Source: Macrostomum lignano (Eukaryota). From it: a stretch of DNA of 64,000 bases. Below the pieces are notes generated by a model. The model was not told where the DNA came from. It saw only the letters and a list, made by a program, of their open reading frames with translations, and made no database searches. Below, piece after piece: positions 46,901 through 58,900 of the stretch (position 1 is its first letter; each line of letters begins with the position of its first letter). The stretch is taken from contig NIVC01002884.1 of the NCBI GenBank assembly GCA_002269645.1, forward strand, positions 43,428 to 107,427. The letters run 5' to 3'. The position numbers were made by a program, and so were the translations under genes.

Positions 46901-49900
46901 AAGCGTCTGTCAATGAGCAGACTGAGAAGAACCGTGCTCTGGTAGAAGAGCTCGAATCGAAATCCAAGCAAATCACAGAGCTGGAAGCCTCTGTCAATGA
47001 GCAGACTGAGAAGAACCGTGCCCTGGTAGAAGAGCTCGAATCGAAATCCAAGCAAATCACAGAGCTGGAAGCCTCAGTCAATGAGCAGACTGAGAAGAAC
47101 CGTGCTCTGGTAGAAGAGCTCGAATCGAAATCCAAGCAAATCACAGAGCTGGAAGCATCTGTCATTGAGCAGACTGAGAAGAACCGTGCTCTGGTAGAAG
47201 AGCTCGAATCGAAATCCAAGCAAATCACAGAGCTGGAAGCCTCTATCATAAAGCAGAGTGATTTGTCAGAAAAGCTTTCAGATGAATTGCAAATGCTGAA
47301 ATCTGCTAAGGACTCGGTTTCGACAGAACTGGACTCTGTAGTTCAATCAAAGTCGGATCTCGAAGCCAAAGTCGCAGATCTGACCTCTAATAATAACGCT
47401 CTAGAGCAGAGAGTTCGTGAGCTTGTGAACGAGCTCGATGGGTCAATCAAGTCTCTTTCTCAGCTACAGACCGAGAAGCTTGATCTGGAGCAGTCCAATG
47501 AAAAGTTGACAAAGAGCTTCTCTGAATTAAATGATGCAAAGAGCTCGATTGAAGAGCAACTCCGACTGCTTGGCGAAGCTAAGCAGCGAGACGAAGAGAA
47601 ACTTGGTCGGGCTGCCGAAGTGCACGAGAAAATAAAAAACAAGTTGAAGAAAGTTGTGGAGTCAAACAAGATACAGAAGGCTAAGATAAAAGAGCTGGAA
47701 GAAACGGCCAGCGCTCTTCAAAGTGAGATTAGTGAATCAAAAGAGAAAATCTCAACTCAAAGCGCGAGAATCGAAACACTGACAGAGAGAAACCGCGGTC
47801 TAGAAGAAGAGCTCGAATCGAAATCGAAGCGAGTCACAGAGCTGGAAGCTTCAGTCAATGAGCAGACTGACGAGAACCGTGCTCTGGTAGAAGAGCTCGA
47901 ATCGAAATCCAAGCGAGTCACAGAGCTGGAAGCCTCAGTCACTGAGCAAGCTGAGAAGAACCGTGCTCTGGTAGAAGAGCTCGAATCGAAATCCAAGCAA
48001 GTCACAGAGCTGGAAGCCTCAGTCAATGAGCAAGCTGAGAATAACAGTGCTCTGGTAGAAGAGCTCGAATCGAAATCCAAGCAAGTCGCAGAGCTGGAAG
48101 CCTCAGTCAATGAGCAGACTGAGAAGAACCGTGCTCTGGTAGAAGAGCTCGAATCGAAATCCAAGCAAGTCGCAGAGCTGGAAGCCTCAGTCAATGAGCA
48201 GACTGAGAAGAACCGTGCTCTGGTAGAAGAGCTCGAATCGAAATCCAAGCAAGTCACAGAGCTGGAAGCCTCAGTCAATGAGCAGACTGACAAGAACAGT
48301 GCTCTGGTAGAAGAGCTCGAATCGAAATCCAAGCGAGTCACAGAGCTGGAAGCCTCAGTCAATGAGCAGACTGAGAAGAAGATAAAAGAGCTGGAAGAAA
48401 AGATCACCGTTCTTGAAAATGAAATCAAAGAATCAAACAAGAAACTTGCTTTACAAGTTGAAAGTTTTTCTGAGCTGAAGAAGCTTAAGGCTAGTCAGGA
48501 AAGGAGCTTCTCTGAATTGCAAGAGGAATTTTCACGACAGGAGGCTCTTTCTCAGAAATTCGAAGCAATAAAGTTGTCCCAAAGCGAAAAGATTACTGAA
48601 CTAAATAAAATCAAAAGTTCCCAGGAGCAAGCTCTCTCCGACTTTCAATCCTTGGTATCTACTTTAGAAATCAGGATTAGCGAGCTTTCAGATGAGAATC
48701 GTTTAAAAGATGATCGGGTTGCTGATTGTCTCTCAAATCTTCAAGTCTGTGAAAGCGAGAAGCAGGCAAAGAGTAATCTTATTTCGGAGCTCGAATGCTT
48801 GCTTAATAGCGAACGTTCAAAACAATCAGAACTAGAGGGCCAAGTTAGACTTCATTTGGCTCAGTCTGGCGAACTGTTTTCATTGCTTCAAAAAGAGTTC
48901 AGTGACCTACACGGTTTTGAGTTCGCTGACGCCGCCCATTCGAACCATTCTGTGATAAATCATGAGAATCTAAAACTTATGCTCAAAAGAATTTCCGAGC
49001 TTTATCAGGAACGCAGTGCCGAAATTTTAGAAACGAAGTCTCTTTTAGTAAAGTCTCACGAAGCCTCTTCCGAACTAAACTGTGTGATGCAATCGCTTGA
49101 GAAAAGTGTGACTGTGCTTCAACGGACTGTAACAAGTCATGAGCAAAAGATCTCTGAGTTGGAAGAATTGACATCTTTGCAACAAGGACAGATTTCAGAG
49201 TTTCGGTCTATACGAAGTGTTAACGAAAAAGTAATTTCTCAGCTTCAGGATGTAAATTCTTCCCTGTCAACTGATATTGGCGAATGCCGTCAGTCATTGC
49301 AAAATGCGATAGAAATTAAAGATCAGTTAGAACGCAAGGTAAGTAAGCTTCAGGATGAATGCAGTATTGCCACTCGAAAATATGAAGAGTTGGTAGACAC
49401 CAAACGCTTTCTTGAGGGAGAGCTACTAGCTGTTAAGAACTCTCAAGTATTGAGTGAAGAAAAACTAAATTTTGCCTCAAAGACGAATGAGGATCTTTCA
49501 CATCAATTAAATAAAGCACTGGAAGAAAGAGAACAACGTTACCATGAAAATTTTGAACTGAAGAAGCAGAGCGAGGAGTATAACCGTGATATAATTGAAC
49601 TTCGCAATTCAAAAGCTGAGGCTGATAAAAAAGTTGAAGAGTTACAAAGCATCGTTGTAGCTCAAAGAAAAGCTGCGTCTGAACTGCAAGACACTAATTT
49701 CAAGCTAGAAAAGTCTGTTTCTGACTACGAAGAAATTTTGTATTCGCATGAGACTAACATTTTGTTGCTTCAGAAGACCAGCTTTTTGCAGGAAGACTCG
49801 ATCGCCAAGCTCAAAGAGTTGAATTCCGCACTGCGCAAGTCTATTGTGGAACTACAGGATGCTAACTCAAATATGGAAAAGCGGATAATTGAGTTAGAAG

Positions 49901-52900
49901 AGGAAGAGCAGAGGATGCATTCGGAAATCGGATCATATCTGGAAAGAATATCCGAACTAGAATCGCAGGTCAGTGAAGAACAAATTAGCAGAGTGAATCA
50001 ATTGCAAACTGCTAATACACAACTCACAGACGAGCTAAGCAAGCTAAAGGAAGAAAGGATGCATCTGAACCAAACTGTTGCTGATCTGGAATCAGAAAAG
50101 CTTAAACAACAGCAGGAAATAGAAGTGCGAGATGCGCAACTAATCCAACTCGAAGGTAATGCTGCGCATTATAAGGATGACCTCACAAAAGTATCGGACG
50201 AATTGGTCGAAGCGATGGCGTCAAAAGAGGAACTCGTAAAGGAAATCAGTACAATCGTACTCGCTAAGCAAGATTTTGAAACTCAGGTCTCTAAGCTGAC
50301 ACAGGAAAACTCAAATTTAGATGAGCAGAATAAAAAGCTTATTGTGGAACTGGAGCAGTCAGCAGAAGGATTTCGTTCTGCAAAGCAGGAGTTTGAGCGG
50401 TCAGTAAATGCATTAAAGTACGAATTAGAAACTCTGGAGAAATCAAACAGTTATCTGGATGGCCAGCTCCGGCAGTCCTCTGACAAGGCGTCAAATTTGG
50501 AATCCGAACTGCTATTGTTAGACAAGACCTATCAGGTACAAGAATTATAATTTTGTATTTTTTCATACAGTTAATAAAAGCTTAAATTATCACTTGCCTA
50601 TCGTATAAAAAATTAAAAACAACAGAAAAATTTAGACTACGTACAGTACTCTCTCTTATTCATCGTTTTGCATTAAGTTAAATTACTGTCACTTGTCGTA
50701 ACATAAGAATTTTTCTCTTCTTTTTAGGATGCGAAAGTGGACCTATGTGTACAGCTCCAAAGAGCAAAAGAGGAACTACAGCAAACGCAAATAGAAAATG
50801 TGGACCTTCAAACCCGAGAAAGTGCTTCACTTGACAGTGTCAGCACTCTAACTAAAGAGCGTGACGACCTAGCCACTGAGTGCAATCTCGTAGCCTCAGA
50901 AGCTGCCCAGTTAAAAGAAGCCAACTCAGACTTAAATAACAGGCTTGAGGAGGTCTGCGCCGAGCGAGATCGCATGAAAGAAAAGTGCGCTCGACTTGTG
51001 AAGCAGTGCCGCATTTTGAAGGAAGCGTCCAAGCAGAGCCAACAACGAGCAGAGACTGCGGACATTTGCTGTCAGACTGACGAAACCACTGAGTCAGAGG
51101 CTGCAGCTGGTACAGCATCTGCATCAGTATCAGATGCTGCAACTGAAACAGATGTAGTCATCTCTTCTGAGTCTTCATTTGAACCAGGAAGGTTGATGGT
51201 AGATGCTTGTACTGATGCAGAGCCATGTGAACTTGAAAGTCGAGTGTCTGAGCAAGATGTTGAGCAGTTATTATCGTCGAAGATGTCACTGACTGAGGAA
51301 GTATTCAAGTTGAAGCAGCAGCTCGCAGCTTTGGAGTCATCGAAGCAAGCTGCGGATTCAGAGCTTGACAAAGCGATGACTGTCATGTCAGCTCACGAAA
51401 AGCTCGTTTCAGAACACGAAGTGTTAATATCGGAGCGGGATTCATTGATGTCGGAACGCGACGCATTGGTCACGGAGCGCGAAGCCATTCTCTTCGATCG
51501 TGAAAATTTTTCATCAGAGCGGGATGCCTTGATAACAGAAAAGGAAGCTTTGGTGCTAGAGCGGAACACCTTGATAAGAGAACGGGAGACTTTGATATCA
51601 GAACGTGACTCCATGGCTACAGAGCGCGAGGCACTAGCCTCAGAGAACGCTCAGCTGATGGAATTCGCCACCCAGTTGAAGGAGAAGCATGACTCTGTCT
51701 GCACCGAGCGAGATCGCATGAAAGAAAAGTGCGCTCGACTCGTGAAACAGTGCCGCATTTTGAAGGAAGCATCCAAGCAGAGTCACCAGCAAACAGAAAC
51801 TGCGGACATGTGCTGCCAGACTGAAGCCGCCACCGAGTCAGTGGCTGCAGCTGGTACATCATCTGCATCAGTATCAGACGCCGCAACTGAAACAGTTATG
51901 ATAATCTCTTCAGAGTCGTCATTTGAACCAGAAAGGATGATGGTAGATGCTTGTACTGATGCAGAGCCATGTGAACTTGAAAGTCGAGTGTCAGAGCAAG
52001 AGGTTGAGCATTTATTATTGTCCAAGATGTCTCTGACTGAGGAAGTCTTCGATTTAAAGCAGCAGCTTGCAGCTTTGGAGACATCAAAGCAAACTGCGGA
52101 TTCAGAGCTTGAGAGAGCAATTAGTCTAATGTCCGAGCGGGACAGTTTAGCATCACAGTGCGATTCTGTAATATTGGAGCGCGACGCACTAATTTCCGGA
52201 CGTGAACGCCTGATCGCTGATCTTGAAAGCCTAGTATCCTCTCGTGATGCTCTGGTATTAGAGCGTGACTCTCTGGTAACAGAACGCGATACTCTAGTAT
52301 CAGGACGTGCTTCCCTGGTAACAGAACTTGACTCTGTAACAACAGAGCGCGAAACACTAGCCTCAGAAAACGCCCAAATAATGGAATCCGCCGCCCAGTT
52401 AAGGGAAAAGCATGACTCAGTGTGCACAGAGCGAGATCGGATGAAAGAAAAGTGCGCTCGACTCGTTAAACAGTGTCGCAATCTGAAGGAGGCTTCAAAG
52501 CAGAGTCAGCATCGAGCAGAGACCGCAGAATTCAGCTCTCAGACTGAACCGGACACCGTGTCTTTGGCTGCCGCGGGCGCTGTACTGACATCTGATGGTG
52601 GACCAATGCCTTCAGTGACTCAAGTAAATGTATCCACAGAAACCGATCTACTGTTGCAGCCAGAAAGACCGTTGGTAGATGTTGCCGCTGATGACGAATG
52701 GACTGGTGCTCTTACTAAAAGTTCAAAGCGCGAGTTAGAGAGCTTGTTAGCATCAAAGATTTCCCTAGGAGAGGAGGTATCTGACTTGAAGAATCAACTC
52801 ACCGAATCCGAGGCTGCTAGAAAGCTTGCAGAGTCTCAGCTGAAGAAATCATTGCAAAAACTACAAATAGTTGAGAATCTAGCGCAGCATGTGTCAAGTG

Positions 52901-55900
52901 GAGAGACACAGATTGAAGAGTTTCCGGAGTTGGAGACTGTGGTCAGCTCAGTTCGTGTCGCCCTACTTGTAAGTACTTCTTCCAAGTTTTGTACTCGTAT
53001 ATATTTTTAGCGATATTTCGGTTTTTATTTTATTGTTTTCTTCTCAATTTTTTAGAACACTCATTCCTCTAGGAGTCTTCAACAGTCAGAAATAGAACAG
53101 CTGCAATCAACGTTAAAAGGCTTGGAAAATATCCGGGACTCATTAACCAGCGAGCGCGACGCCTTGGCATCAGAACTACAAGCAATGGCGTCGCAACTTG
53201 AAGACATCGCAACTGAACGTGATTCGCTGAAGATGGATCGCAGCCTATTATCTTCTGAACGGGACACCTTGGCGTCAGAAAAAGTTCAGCTGATGGAATC
53301 TACCTCTCAAATAAAGGAGCAGCATGACGCGGTCTGCGCCGAGCGAGATCGCATGAAAGAAAAGTGCGCTCGACTCGTGAAACAGTGCCGCATTTTGAAG
53401 GAAGCATCCAAGCAGAGTCAACAACGCGCGGAGACTGCGGACATGTGCTGTCAGACTGAGACGACCACCGAATCAGTGGCTGCAGCTGGTACAGCATCTG
53501 CATCAGTATCAGATGCTAAAAATAAAACGAATATGATTATCTCTTCTGAGTCGTCATTCGAACCAGAAAGGATGATGGTAGACGCGTGTACTGATGCAGA
53601 GCCAAGTGGACTTGAAAGCCGAGTATCCGAGCAAGAGGTCGAACAGTTATTATCATCCAAGATGTCACTCACTGAGGAAGTATTCAAGTTGAAGCAGCAG
53701 CTCGCAGCTTTGGAGTCATCGAAGCAAGCTGCGGATTCAGAGCTTGACAAAGCGATGACTGTCATGTCAGCTCACGATAAGCTTGTTTCAGAACACGAAG
53801 TGTTACTATCGCAGCGTGATTCGTTGGTGTCGGAACGTGATGCATTGGTCACTGAGCGCGAAGCCATGCTCTCGGATTATGGAAATTTATCATCAGAGCG
53901 GGACGCCTTGATTAAAGAACGGGAGACTTTGGTATCAGAACGGAACGACTTTGCGTCAGAGCGTGACTCCATGGCTACAGAGCGCGAGGCATTAGCCTCA
54001 GAGAACGCTCAGCTGATGGAATCCGCCACCCAGTTGAAGGAGAAGCATGACTCAGTGTGCACCGAGCGAGATCGCATGAAAGAAAAGTGCGCTCGACTCG
54101 TGAAACAGTGCCGCATTTTGAAGGAAGCATCCAAGCAGAGTCAACAACGCGCGGAGACTGCAGACATTTGCTGTCAGACTGAGACGACCACCGAATCAGT
54201 GGCTGCAGCTGGTACAGCATCAGCATCAGTATCAGATGCTAAAAATAAAACGAATATGATTATCTCTTCTGAGTCGTCATTCGAACCAGAAAGGATGATG
54301 GTAGACGCGTGTACTGATGCAGAGCCAAGTGGACTTGAAGGTCGAGTGTCCGAGCAAGAGATTGAGCAGTTATTATCATCCAAGGTGTCACTGACTGAGG
54401 AAGTCTTCGAGTTGAAACAGCAGCTCGCAGCTTTGGAGTCATCGAAGCAAGCTGTGGATTCAGAGCTCGACAAAGCAATGACTGTCATGTCAGCTCATGA
54501 AAATCTCGTTTCAGACCGAGACAATTTACTGTCTGAACGGGAGAAGCTTGTCTCAATGTACAATAGTTTACTGTTAGAGCGTGACACGTTGATTAAAGAG
54601 CGCTCAGCTACGATCTCTGAGCTTGAAAACCTAGTATTAGAACGAAACGCTCTGGTTTCGGAACGTGACACGCTTGCGTTAGAGCGGAATACTTTAGCTT
54701 CAGAGAACGCTGCTCTGATGGAATCTGCCACCCAGTTGAAGGAAAAGCATGACGCAGTCTGTACTGAGCAAGATCGCATGAAAGAAAAGTGCGCTCGACT
54801 TGTGAAGCAGTGCCGCATTTTGAAGGAAGCATCCAAGCAGAGTCATCAGCGAGCAGAGACTGCGGACATTGGCTGTCAGATTGAAACAGCCACTGAGTCA
54901 GTAACTGCAGCTAGTGCGACAGCTACATCAGATGCTGCAACTGAAACAGATGTCATCTCTTCCGACTCTTTATTCGAACCAGTAAGGGTGATGGTTGATG
55001 CTAGTACTGATGTGGAATTCAATGAAGTTCACAGTCGAGTGTCCGAACAAGAAGTTGAGCAGTTATTGTTCTCTAAGATGGCACTGACTGAAGAAGTATT
55101 CGAGTTAAAACAACAACTCGCAGCTTCAGAAGCATCCAGAGAAGCGACAGATTCTGAACTTGCTAAAGTAAAGGTTCTAAACTCAGATCGAGAGGATTCA
55201 GTTTTAGATCGAGACACTTTGGTATTAGAGCGAGATTCGTTGTTAACCCAACGGGACAGCATACTTTTAGAGCGAGACACTTTGATTGCAGAGCGAGAGT
55301 CAATGCTTTCCGATCGGGAAAATTTAGTCGCAGAGCGGGACGCTTTAGCCTCTGAGAACGCTGCTCTAATGGAATCTTCTACCCAGTTGAAAGTGACGCA
55401 TGAGGAAGTCAGCACCGAGCGAGATCGCATGAAAGAAAAATTTGCCCGGCTTGTAAAACAGTGCCGAATTCTGAAAGAGGCAGCCAGGCAGAGTCAGCAG
55501 CGAGCAGAGACTGCGGAATGCAGCTGTCAGACCGAACCAGAAAGGGAGTCAGCGACTCTATCTGACGCAAACACCGCTTCAAATGCTAGGCCGGACGTTT
55601 CAGTTGCCGATGCATCAACAGAAACGGTTGCACTTTTACCTCCCGAGGCTTCATTCGAAAAAGAGAACCCGACAATTTCTGAGTCTCAGACCGTTGAAGT
55701 TTTCTATCGCGCTTTTGACGATGCTATTAGAGCTGCTGGACTTTCATACCGCGAAGTGAGTCTCCCATCTCCGCCCTCGTTGTTGTCAATGTCCGAGCTT
55801 TCAGAATGGATTACTAACCTTGTTAGCGTAAGTTTCAATGAGTTTTCATTTTTTGTACTGAAATTTCTTCACTTAATACTGCAATTTTATGAAATTTTTG

Positions 55901-58900
55901 TCATTATTCTAATACAGTGCGTGGCCAGTCAGCATCAACAGTTGGTAAATACTGGCGAGCGCTGCGAAGGCTTGGAGCAGACTATCGCCGAGAAAGAGGA
56001 GTCCCTAACTGAGATGATGGAGCGCCTTGAGATAGCCAACAAGCGAGCGATTACCACAGGCTCCGCCAGTTGGATTTCCAGCCGTCCTGCCACCTCGGTT
56101 GCCAGCCGTCAAGTTGAATGCGACCTTACTCAGCCGCTTATTGATGAGCTGGAGGCGACGCTGGCTAAACGCGACGGCAAAATTGCCGCTATGGAGCGGG
56201 ACAGTCGCGAACTCAACCGGAAGCTGGAGTCCCATCTGCAAACTATGCGTCGAATGGAAGCTCGACTCCAGGCTTCGAGTCGAATGCTGCGCACTAGGCT
56301 GGTTGATAGCGCCGAGGCTGAGCAACTGGCGGTTGAGGTTGGTGCAGTGCTTTTGTAGGGGTTTGTAAAAACGGTGCTCACCTAACACTAGAAAAATTTC
56401 GGAAAGCTTGGAAAAACTGCTATAGCAGCATTCCAACGAAGCTCTCTACGTTCGTACATTGTAAAAGAGGATGTCAACTTTTGCGGCGAAGTAAAGCTCT
56501 GGACCCAACCAACTACATTTTTTATAACTTTTCGGATCAATTAACAACTTGTAAAGAAACGCCAAGGCATCTCATCTGGTTCGCTCCTTTGTGCTCCCAG
56601 GGTTTGTTGGTCCAGAGCTTTACTTTCGACTCCATTCGGGTGCTCAAGTTGACATCAACTATCTGTTTATTGACGTTTGTAATTGATACGTCGTAGAAAC
56701 GTCACAAATCTATTAATTGGGGGATTTAGCTTAGTGGTTAGAGCGTCGGACTCACGACTTAAAGGTCGGGGGTTCGATTCCCGATCTCACTGGAACAATT
56801 TGTGCTCTTGAGCAAGACGCTTAACTCTGCATTGCTTCAGTTCACCCAGCTGTAAAATGGGTGCCAGCATTAGCTGGGGTAATTGAGGCTGTGTGGCGAC
56901 CCCCCCCCCCCAGTCCTTGGGCTGAACAGCCGTACGCAGCCTTCAGATGCGCCGCACAATAGCTGCGGCTGAGCTGTCGGTTGTATATCTTCCCAATCGG
57001 GGTAGGTGTAATCAGTTATTATTATTATTATTATTATTATCATCATCATTATTATCATTATCATCATCGTCATGATTATCATTATCATTAATAAATGATA
57101 GAACCGCTTACTGCTTACTGTTTTACGATATGAAAGATCCAGTTTGTTAAATTTCTAATTAATGAAGTTAAGCAGTGCTTTTACATTCTGAAAGTTCTAG
57201 TTTCTGAAGCGATCTCACCCCAATGCCATCCAGCTGTCTTTAGCTCTTTCTTAACCTTATTATACACAATAAATCATATTGAAAAGGCCTCTTCAATCAA
57301 TTCCAGGTGGAGTCTTTGTTCGCGCAGCTCGACGCAGCCGAAGAAGAGGTTGGCCAGCTGCGCTTGACCCTGCGGGACCGGGACAATGAGCTGCTCCGGC
57401 TAGCCGACCAGCTGCGCGTCGAATCCGAGGCCAAGCGGCTCGACCTGTCAACTATGCGCGAGCAGTCCCGTCTGTACGAGGCGGAGGTGCGTCGCCTACG
57501 TTTTGAATTGGACGCCAAAGAGGAAATGCTGACGCTGACTCGCGAGGCCGCCACCACCGCCACCCCCGCAGCCGCCGCGTCCACTTCGTCGGGTTGCGGC
57601 AGAGAGGACACGGCGGGGGATGGGGAGCTGGACAATAGTGCCGCATTTTATAAGCGCCGTACGGACGAACTCACTGTTGAACTCAACAATGCTAGAAATT
57701 CTATTCAGCGGCTGACTGGCGAGTTAAAGGAAAATTCTATTGCGGCTGAAGCTGCCGTTGAAAAACTGCGCGCCGAGCTGTCGGTCACCGTTGAAAGCAA
57801 AGAGTTACTAAACAGAGAATTAATTGAAGCCAAAACTGCTTGCGACAGTTTGACTATTGAAATAGCCGAAGCCAAAGAAGATGGAAGCATTATAGAAAAG
57901 CTTAACTCAGAATTGGCAACGGCCTCAGATGACAAAGAGTTGTTGAACAAAGAGCTGTTTGAAGCTAAAGCTACAATTGACAATCTGACGGCTGAATTAG
58001 CTAAAACAAAGACTGAAATCGAGCTTGTGGGTGATTCTAATTCAAAACTGACCAATGCCATCAGAGACAAAGAGTTACTAAGCGAAGAATTGAGTAAAGC
58101 TAAAGCTACAATTGACAATTTGACCGCTGAATTGGCTAAAACAAAGACTGAACTCGAGCTTGTGGGTGATTCTAATTCAAAACTGACCAATGCCATCAGA
58201 GACAAAGAGTTACTAAGCGAAGAATTGAGTAAAGCTAAAGCTACAAATGACAATTTGACTGCTGAATTGGCTAAAACAAAGACTGAACTCGAGCTTGTGG
58301 GTGATTCTAATTCAAAACTGACCAATGCCATCAGAGACAAAGAGTTACTAAGCGAAGAATTGAGTAAAGCTAAAGCTACAATTGACAATTTGACTGCTGA
58401 ATTGGCTAAAACAAAGACCAAAGTGGACGGCGATGCTAGTGAAGCGCTGGGCAATTTAAACTCTGAATTGACGGTCGCTTTAGAAGAAAAAGAAAAAGAA
58501 CTAAGCGAGACAAAAGTTCTAATAGACAATTTGACGGCCGAATTGACCAAAGCCAAAGAAGACATGGTTATTGAATCTACAGAAACTAGAAGCATCATTG
58601 AACAACTTGCAAAGGACAAGGAAAATTTAAATCAACAACTAACTGCGGCTAACAATGGAATTGACAGTTTAAACATCGAATTTGTCAGGACTAAGGAGGA
58701 TTTGAATAATAGACTGGCTGAAGCTGAATGCACGATCGATAATCTGCGCTCTGAGCTGGCCAGTGCGGCTACCGCTAATGATAATTTATGCAACGAATTG
58801 GCAGAAGCTAAAATATTAATCGATGAGCTGAGAAATGAGCAAAAAGAAGTTGAAAAACCTACTTTGGCTACTGTAAGTTGCGCCAGCCAGACTGAAGCGG

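Noticed and set aside
45132-47249. Long minus-strand ORFs (705 aa and 497 aa; also 38548-39294 and others)
   Set aside because: Antisense shadows of the tandem coding repeats: a stop-free unit stays stop-free when iterated, and the translations are low-complexity.
56719-56790. tRNA genes at 56719 and 19237
   Set aside because: A and B boxes are present but run straight into a shared CORE-like body with no proper acceptor stem or oligo-T terminator, so these are SINE heads.
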